A stretch of DNA of 64,000 bases from Myxococcota bacterium (lineage in GTDB: Bacteria; Myxococcota_A; UBA9160; JAFDDA01): positions 1,248,001 to 1,312,000 of the forward strand of contig OZ245817.1 in the NCBI GenBank assembly GCA_965228475.1. Reading direction: 5' to 3'. The position numbers and the translations under genes are program-made. Below, piece after piece: positions 57,662 to 64,000 of this stretch. Position 1 is the first letter of the stretch, and each line of letters starts with the position of its first letter. Below the pieces are notes generated by a model. It was not told the origin of the DNA. It did not search any database and saw only the letters and a program-made list of their open reading frames with translations.

Positions 57662-58599
57662 GCCTTCTGCTCGAAGGGACGCTCGAAGACATCCGCCTCG
57701 CGGACCTGCTGCGGCTGATCGCGCGCGAACAGCGGACCGGCGCGCTGCGGGTGACGATCGACGGCGTCTCGCACCGGCTCGTCCTCTCGGAGGGCCGGCT
57801 CGTCGCCGCCCTCGTCGGCGAAGAGGCCGAACCGGCGCCGCTCGAGGAGACGGTCCTCGCGCTGGTCCGATTCCGCCGCGGCTCCTTCCAGCTCCTGCCC
57901 TCGGACGACACCCAGCCGCCCGCCGACGGCGTCGACGGGATCCATGCCGAGGCCCTCGCGGGCAAGGCGGACATGGCGCTGATCGAGCTCGAAGAGCGGC
58001 TCGATGCGATCGGCAGCGAAGCGGGCACGCCCACGCGCGACGCCTTCCCGACGCCGCGCCAGATGGAAGAACTCGACCCGGCCACGCGCACGGTCTACGG
58101 CCTGATCGACGGCGAGCGCGATCTGGCCGAGGTCATCCTGCGCAGCCGGCTCGATCCGACCCAGGTGCTCGATGCCCTGGACGGGCTCGCCGGGGACGAC
58201 CTCGTGAAGCTCGACACGCCCGTCGAAGCTTCGGAGAGCCCGCCGACGCCGCCGCGCGCGCGCCGTCGGCTGCCGCTCGAGGGGCTCTCGGCGGCGCTGC
58301 CCCTGGCCGCTCTTCTCGCGGGCCTCGGTTTCGTCTCCGCCCAGCCGGACCCGCCGGCGCCGGCGCCCTTCGACGTCCAGGAGGATCCCCTGGCCGCGGC
58401 CCGCGCGGCCTTCGGGGTCGAACGCCTGCGCGCCGCGGTGGAAGCGCACCGCTTCGTCGAGGGGGCCTGGCCGGCCCGTCTCGAGGAGCTGGCCGAGCGT
58501 GGCTACGTCGCCCGGGAGGCGTTGGCGGACGCCCAGGGGCGCCCTTATTATTACTCCGCGCGCGAAGACGGTTTCGTCCTGCTCGCACCGGAGCGCTAG
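57658..58599 (+). CDS. DUF4388 protein with TM helix and pseudopilin-like C-terminal head
   Basis: LEGTLEDIRLADLLRLIAREQRTGAL; VYGLIDGERDLAEVI; TM; LRAAVEAHRFVEGAWPARLEEL...DAQGRPYYY. Confidence 0.75.
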   Translation: MSLLLEGTLEDIRLADLLRLIAREQRTGALRVTIDGVSHRLVLSEGRLVAALVGEEAEPAPLEETVLALVRFRRGSFQLLPSDDTQPPADGVDGIHAEALAGKADMALIELEERLDAIGSEAGTPTRDAFPTPRQMEELDPATRTVYGLIDGERDLAEVILRSRLDPTQVLDALDGLAGDDLVKLDTPVEASESPPTPPRARRRLPLEGLSAALPLAALLAGLGFVSAQPDPPAPAPFDVQEDPLAAARAAFGVERLRAAVEAHRFVEGAWPARLEELAERGYVAREALADAQGRPYYYSAREDGFVLLAPER

Positions 58600-58659
58600 G
58601 CGCTCTCGTCCCGGAGCGCCGACGCTCCCGTTGCTTCCGATCCCATTCGAGGGCTCCAC

Positions 58660-59679
58660 ATCCCGCGGCAAGACGCACAGACGCGCGAGACCCTGATCTT
58701 CGACGACAACCCGACGGCGGCCACGCTGTATGGCGACGGCGATCGCACCCTTCGCATCCTCGAAGACGAACTCGGCGTGGATGCCCACGCGCGGGGCAAC
58801 GAAGTCCGGCTCGTCGGAACGCCCGAGGGCGTGGCGACCGCTCGCAAGGTGCTCGAGGAACTCTACGCCCAGGTGCGACAGGGGCGCAGCCTCGACGGGC
58901 GCGACGTCCAGGACGCCGTTCGGATGGTGAACGAGAGCCCGGACGTGAACCTCGACAAGGTCTACGAGAACGTGCTCTCGGCGGTCGGCTCACGCCACCG
59001 GATCGGGGCGAAGAACCTCTCCCAGCGCCGCTACATCGAGCTGATGCAGCAGCACGACCTCGTCTTCTCCGTGGGGCCGGCGGGCACGGGCAAGACCTAC
59101 CTCGCCATGGCGATGGCGGTCGCGGCCCTGAACCGCCACGAGGTCTCGCGCGTCGTGCTGACCCGCCCGGCGGTCGAAGCGGGGGAGCGGCTCGGCTTCC
59201 TGCCCGGCACGATGGCCGAGAAGGTGAACCCGTACCTGCGCCCGCTCTACGACGCGCTCCACGACATGATGGATTTCGAGAAGGCGGCCCGACTCGTCGA
59301 GCGCGGCGTGATCGAGGTGGCGCCGCTCGCCTTCATGCGCGGCCGCACCCTGAACGATGCCTTCGTCATCCTCGACGAGGCACAGAACACGACGCGCGAG
59401 CAGATGAAGATGTTCCTGACGCGGCTCGGCTTCAGCTCGCGCGCCATCGTCACCGGCGACATCACCCAGATCGATCTGCCCACGCCGCGCGACAGCGGAC
59501 TCGTCGAGGCGCTGCGGATCCTCGACCGCGTCGACGCCATCGGCTTCATGGAGTTCAGCAAGAACGACGTCGTCCGGCACCCGCTCGTGCAGACGATCAT
59601 CGACGCCTACGAGCGCTTCGCGGACCGCAACCCGAATGGCGGCTCCCCGAAAGAGAAGCCGGGCTCGAACGGCCGATGA
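58660..59679 (+). CDS. phoH: PhoH-like ATPase (YbeZ); start codon non-canonical or uncertain
   Basis: GPAGTGKTYLA, LTRPAVEAGERLGFLPG, FMRGRTL, DEAQN; PhoH-like sequence extends upstream of the first GTG (58777). Confidence 0.93.
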   Translation: MPRQDAQTRETLIFDDNPTAATLYGDGDRTLRILEDELGVDAHARGNEVRLVGTPEGVATARKVLEELYAQVRQGRSLDGRDVQDAVRMVNESPDVNLDKVYENVLSAVGSRHRIGAKNLSQRRYIELMQQHDLVFSVGPAGTGKTYLAMAMAVAALNRHEVSRVVLTRPAVEAGERLGFLPGTMAEKVNPYLRPLYDALHDMMDFEKAARLVERGVIEVAPLAFMRGRTLNDAFVILDEAQNTTREQMKMFLTRLGFSSRAIVTGDITQIDLPTPRDSGLVEALRILDRVDAIGFMEFSKNDVVRHPLVQTIIDAYERFADRNPNGGSPKEKPGSNGR

Positions 59680-59698
59680 GTCCGGGCACCGCCGGCCG

Positions 59699-60142
59699 AT
59701 GACCGTTCGCCTGGCCGGGCCCCCCGAGGCCCCGGGCCTCCCCCGAGCCGATACGAAGCTCCTGCTCGAACGCGCCCGGAAGGTGCTGGCGGCCCTGGGC
59801 CACGCGCGCTCCGAGCTCTCCCTGACCCTGACCGACGACGACGGCATCGCCGAGCTGAACGCCCAGTACCGCGGCAAGCCCCGGCCGACGGACGTGCTCT
59901 CGTTCTCGCTCTTCGAGGGCGACCACGCCGACCACCGCGGCAAGCTCCTCGGCGACGTGGTGATCGGCGTCGAGCAGGCGGCGCGCCAGGCCCGGGCCGC
60001 CCACCGGGGCCTCGACCGGGAGCTCGCGGTCCTGACGATCCACGGCGTCCTGCACCTGCTCGGCCACGACCACGAAGAAGACGACGAAGCGCGCCGCATG
60101 CAGGCCGAGGAGCGCCGCCTGCGCCGGGAGCTCGGGCTTTGA
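59699..60142 (+). CDS. ybeY: rRNA maturation endoribonuclease YbeY
   Basis: LNAQYRGK..PTDVLSF, LGDVVI, HGVLHLLGHDH. Confidence 0.95.
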   Translation: MTVRLAGPPEAPGLPRADTKLLLERARKVLAALGHARSELSLTLTDDDGIAELNAQYRGKPRPTDVLSFSLFEGDHADHRGKLLGDVVIGVEQAARQARAAHRGLDRELAVLTIHGVLHLLGHDHEEDDEARRMQAEERRLRRELGL

Positions 60143-60179
60143 CGCCGGAGCTCGGGGTTTGTCGGCGGGAACTCGAACG

Positions 60180-61763
60180 ATGACGGGCCGTCGGCGGATC
60201 GGCTGGCTCGCGGCCTACGTGCTCGCGTCCTTCTTCTCCTTCCCGCACCCGATCGCCGGGGGCGTGCTCGACCTCGGGATGTTCGTGGGCTGGCTCGCGC
60301 CGGCCTTCCTCTGGCTCGGGCTCGAAGGGCTCCCGGCCCGGCGCGCCGCCGGCCTCGGCTTCCTGGCCGGCTGGGCGGCGCACACGGCCATCCTGCACTG
60401 GATCTACGTCGTCACGTTCCACTACGGCGAGGCGCCGTTCTTCGTCGGCTTGATCGCGCCGGCGGGCCTGGCCCTCTACATCGCGGCGTTCCCGGCCCTG
60501 TTCGGGGCGTTCGCCGGCCGCGTTCCGGACCATCCGCTGCTCCGCCCGCTCGGGGCCGCCGCGCTCTGGACGGCGCTCGACCACCTGCGCTCCTTCGCGC
60601 TGACGGGATTCCCCTGGGCGACCCTCGGCTACGCCCAGCACGAGAACGCGCTGCTGCTCCCCCTGACGACCTGGACCGGGGTCTACGGCCTCTCGTTCCT
60701 GACGGTCCTCGGCGGGATGGGCGCGCTCGAAGCCCTGCGCGGGCGGGGACGCGGGCTCTCCGCCGTGGCGCTGGCCGGGGTGGTGGTCGCCCACGTCGTG
60801 GGAGGGTTCCTCGCGCGGGGCCCCGATGCCGCCCAGGGCGAGCCGGTCCGGATCGCGGTCGTCCAGGGCAACATCGGCCAGGGCGTGAAGTGGAGCCCCG
60901 AGTGGGCCGACCGGACGCTCGCGATCTACGAACGGCTCTCCCGCGAAGCGGCGGCCGAGGGCGCGCGCTGGATCCTCTGGCCCGAGACGGCCGTCCCCGG
61001 CTCGGTCAACCACAGCGAGCCCACCCGGGAGCGCCTGCTCGCCCTGGCCGAGGAGACCGGTGCGACGCTCGTCGTCGGGGCCGTCGCCATCGAGCGCCGC
61101 GACGACCGCCCGGGTTACCGCTTCTACGACAGCGCCTTCGTGCTCGATGGCGAGGCGGTCCGCGGCCGCTACGACAAGTCCCACCTCGTGCCCTTCGGCG
61201 AGTACGTTCCCCTGCGCGCACTGGTCGGCCGCTTCTTCCAGGCGGTCGCGCGCGGCATCGCCGACGACAACGTGACCCACGGCAGCGGGCCCGAGGCGCT
61301 CGAAATCGCGGTCCCCGGCCGCGCCGAGCCCGTGACCGCCGGGATTCCCATCTGCTATGAACTCATCTTTCCGGATCTCGTGCGTCGTTTCGTGGACGAC
61401 GAGGCCGGCGTCCTGCTCGCGATCACCAACGACGCGTGGTACGGCCGGACGGGGGCTCCCTACCAGTTCCTCGCGATGACCGCGGTGCGGTCCGCGGAGA
61501 ACCGGGTGTGGACGGCGCGAGCGGCGAACACGGGAGTCTCGGCCTTCATCGACGCGCGGGGGCGCGTGCGGGAGCAGACGGAGATCTTCGAGGAGGGGTT
61601 CCTGGTCGCCGACGTGCCGCTGCGAACCCCGGACGAACGAAAGACGTACTACGCACGGCACGGGGACCACTTCGCGAAGGCCTGTTGGCTCGCGACCCTG
61701 GCCATGATCGTCGCCTCCGCAAGGCGTTGGCGGCGGCCCGACGGACCGAAGGAAGGCTCATGA
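60180..61763 (+). CDS. lnt: apolipoprotein N-acyltransferase
   Basis: TGFPW, VQGNI, WPETA, YDKSHLVPFGEYVP, ICYE, TNDAWYG. Confidence 0.95.
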   Translation: MTGRRRIGWLAAYVLASFFSFPHPIAGGVLDLGMFVGWLAPAFLWLGLEGLPARRAAGLGFLAGWAAHTAILHWIYVVTFHYGEAPFFVGLIAPAGLALYIAAFPALFGAFAGRVPDHPLLRPLGAAALWTALDHLRSFALTGFPWATLGYAQHENALLLPLTTWTGVYGLSFLTVLGGMGALEALRGRGRGLSAVALAGVVVAHVVGGFLARGPDAAQGEPVRIAVVQGNIGQGVKWSPEWADRTLAIYERLSREAAAEGARWILWPETAVPGSVNHSEPTRERLLALAEETGATLVVGAVAIERRDDRPGYRFYDSAFVLDGEAVRGRYDKSHLVPFGEYVPLRALVGRFFQAVARGIADDNVTHGSGPEALEIAVPGRAEPVTAGIPICYELIFPDLVRRFVDDEAGVLLAITNDAWYGRTGAPYQFLAMTAVRSAENRVWTARAANTGVSAFIDARGRVREQTEIFEEGFLVADVPLRTPDERKTYYARHGDHFAKACWLATLAMIVASARRWRRPDGPKEGS

Positions 61764-62891
61764 GCGCGACTGCCCAGGAACTCGACCCCACGGAGCTGGC
61801 CGACCGCCTGCGCGCCCTGCAGGCCCGATTCGGCGAGCTCCGGGGGCGTCTTTGACGTAGAGGGTCTGCGCGCACGGGCCGCCGAGCTCGAGGAGGCCTC
61901 TGCCAAGCCCGACCTCTGGGAGGATCGCGAGCGCGCCGAGGGCGTGCTGCGCGACAAGCGCGCGGTCGAGCGCGAGCTCGAGGTCTTCGACGCGCTCGCG
62001 GAGCAGCTCGAGGAAGCCGAAGTCCTGCTCGAACTCGCCACCGAGGCGGAGGACGAGAGCACGCTCGCCGAGGCGGCCGGGAAGCTCGGCTCGGCCGAGG
62101 GCGCCCTCGAAGACGCGGAGCTCCGCCGCCTGCTGGCCGGGGAGCACGACGCGTCGAACGCCATCCTCTCGATCAACGCGGGGGCCGGCGGTACCGACGC
62201 CTGCGATTGGGCCGAGATGCTCCTGCGCATGTACACACGCTGGGCGGAGCGGCGCGGCTACAAGACCGAACTGTTCGACGTGCAGCCGGGCGACGAGGCC
62301 GGCATCCGCAGCGCCACGCTGAACGTGATCGGTGACCACGCCTACGGCTACGCCCACACCGAGCAGGGCGTCCACCGGCTGGTCCGGATCTCCCCCTTCG
62401 ATTCGCAGTCCCGCCGCCACACGGCCTTCGCGAGCCTGGCCGTCTTCCCCGAGATCGACGAGGGCGTCGACGTCGAGATCGCCGACAAGGATCTGCGCAT
62501 CGACACCTACCGGGCCGGCGGCGCCGGCGGGCAGCACGTGAACAAGACGGATTCGGCCGTGCGCCTCACCCACGAGCCGACCGGGATCGTCGTGCAGTGC
62601 CAGAACGAACGCTCCCAGCACAAGAACAAGGCGGCGGCCATGAAGGTGCTGCGCGCGCGGCTCTACGAGCACTACCGTCTCGAGAAGGAAAAAGAGATGG
62701 ACGCCCTGCGCGGGGAGAAGCGCGAGATCGGCTTCGGGAGCCAGATCCGCTCCTACACGCTGCACCCGTCCCAGCGCATCAAGGACCACCGGACCAAGCT
62801 CGAGATCGGCAACACCGAGGCGGTGCTCGACGGCGACCTCGACGCGTTCATCCGTGCGACGCTGCTACACAACGCCGGGGGTGGCTCTTGA
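61760..62891 (+). CDS. prfB: peptide chain release factor 2, with programmed +1 frameshift
   Basis: 31-codon first ORF ends CTT TGA C (61850-61856); +1 frame contains SPF and GGQ motifs. Confidence 0.96.
61842..61856 (+). other. RF2 autoregulatory frameshift site
   Basis: GGGGG-CGT-CTTTGAC: internal SD-like element plus slippery site. Confidence 0.93.
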
Positions 62892-62934
62892 ATCCGCGGG
62901 GGCGGCTCTTGAATCCGGATCTCAGGGAGGCTTC

Positions 62935-64000
62935 GTGAGCGAACAGGAGCGACAGGTCCGCGCCGAGCGGCTGGCCGCGCTGCGGGCGGAGGGCATCGAC
63001 CCGTTTCCGCCGCGCACCGGAGCGCACGTCCCGATCGCCGAGGTGCGTGCGGCCCACGACGAGAAGGATGCGGAGACCCTCGAAGCCGAGGCGCCCGAGG
63101 CCGCCATCGTCGGGCGCATCGTCGCCTCGCGCTCCTTCGGGAAGCTGCGCTTCTGGAAGCTCGTCGAGGACGGCACGGGCATCCAGGTGAGCATCCGCAA
63201 GCAGCAGGTGGAGGCGGAGGTCTTCGCCCTCGCCAAGCAGATGGACGTGGCGGACTTCGTGCGGGTCGAGGGCGTCGTGTGGCGGACGAAGACCGACGAA
63301 CTCACCGTTGACGCTCGCCGGATCACCCTGCTCAGCAAGGCGCTCCGCCCGCTTCCCGAGAAGTGGCACGGTCTGCAGGACGTCGAGGCCCGCTTTCGCC
63401 AGCGCTACCTCGACCTGATCGCGAACCCGCGCGCGCGGGAGATCGCCATCCTGCGCAGCCGGATCGTGACCGCGATGCGCCGCTTCCTCGACGAGCGCGG
63501 CTTCCTCGAGGTGGAGACGCCGGTCCTCCAGCCGATCTACGGCGGAGCGAACGCACGCCCCTTCACGACGCACCACAACCAGCTCGGTCAGGATCTCTTC
63601 CTTCGCATCTCCGACGAGCTCTACCTGAAGCGGCTCGTGATCGGTGGCCTCGACCGCGTCTACGAGATCGGGCGGAACTTCCGCAACGAGGGGGTGTCCA
63701 AGAAGCACAACCCCGAGTTCGCGATGATGGAGTGCTACCAGGCCTACGCGGACTACGAGGACATGATGGATCTCGTGGAAGGCATGGTGAAGCAGATCGC
63801 GAAGGAGGTGCTCGGCACGGGGACGATCGAGTTCCAGGGAACGAAGATCGAGCTCGACGTCGAGTGGCCGCGGCGCTCCATGCGCGACGCCGTGCTCGAG
63901 GCGACCGGCGTCGACATCCAGGCGGCCGAGGACGTGGAATCCCTGCGGGCCGCCGTGAAGGAGAAGGGGCTCGATCCCGGCGATGCGCCGACCTGGGGCG
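62935..64000 (+). CDS. lysS: lysine--tRNA ligase class II (3'-truncated by the window end)
   Basis: GTG after GGGAGG; PLPEKWHGL, RQRYLDL, FLEVETP, FRNEG...HNPEF. Confidence 0.95.
   Translation, partial: MSEQERQVRAERLAALRAEGIDPFPPRTGAHVPIAEVRAAHDEKDAETLEAEAPEAAIVGRIVASRSFGKLRFWKLVEDGTGIQVSIRKQQVEAEVFALAKQMDVADFVRVEGVVWRTKTDELTVDARRITLLSKALRPLPEKWHGLQDVEARFRQRYLDLIANPRAREIAILRSRIVTAMRRFLDERGFLEVETPVLQPIYGGANARPFTTHHNQLGQDLFLRISDELYLKRLVIGGLDRVYEIGRNFRNEGVSKKHNPEFAMMECYQAYADYEDMMDLVEGMVKQIAKEVLGTGTIEFQGTKIELDVEWPRRSMRDAVLEATGVDIQAAEDVESLRAAVKEKGLDPGDAPTWG

Noticed and set aside
57658..59679. Stop-codon readthrough fusing the DUF4388 protein to PhoH (same frame, single TAG)
   Set aside because: It would put the ATPase after a probably periplasmic domain; no recoding signal seen; a non-canonical start is simpler

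Overview
A high-GC bacterial chromosomal window. Its gene content and order resemble Myxococcota/deltaproteobacteria; this placement is inferred, not proven. It is mostly a housekeeping backbone: partial korA, tgl/pilF-rodZ-like-recO, glyQS, ppdK, gltX, yceD-rpmF-fabD-acpP-glyA-nrdR-ribD-ribH-nusB, lptE-holA, rpsT, phoH-ybeY-lnt-prfB (+1 frameshift) and partial lysS, plus tRNA-Glu(CTC) and tRNA-Gln(CTG). Accessory parts are: (i) a TetR plus KshA-like Rieske oxygenase cassette; (ii) two tandem ECF sigma factors behind a sigma54 promoter; (iii) a type IVa pilin locus (two pilins, pilGHI-like genes, pilD) flanked by an MFS/spermidine-synthase-fold/TPR fusion and two Thr-type sulfatase-like TPR lipoproteins; (iv) a complete chemosensory cluster with a very long (~64-heptad) MCP and HEAT, GAF, zinc-ribbon and DUF4388 partners. 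The main signal not explained by the genes is a recurring sigma28-like motif, TCAA(G/C)-N14/15-(G/C)CCGAT. It precedes the pilotin operon, both pilin-flanking enzyme units, the chemosensory cluster and a second DUF4388 unit, and three times sits exactly 7 nt before the ATG. This suggests one pilus-modification/chemosensory regulon. Also seen: a family of ~100-nt palindromic repeats, a phoH with no canonical start codon, an 8-codon linker ORF, and short tandem duplications at gene ends. No CRISPR array, transposase, integrase or rRNA was recognised. All calls come from reading the sequence; no searches were run.
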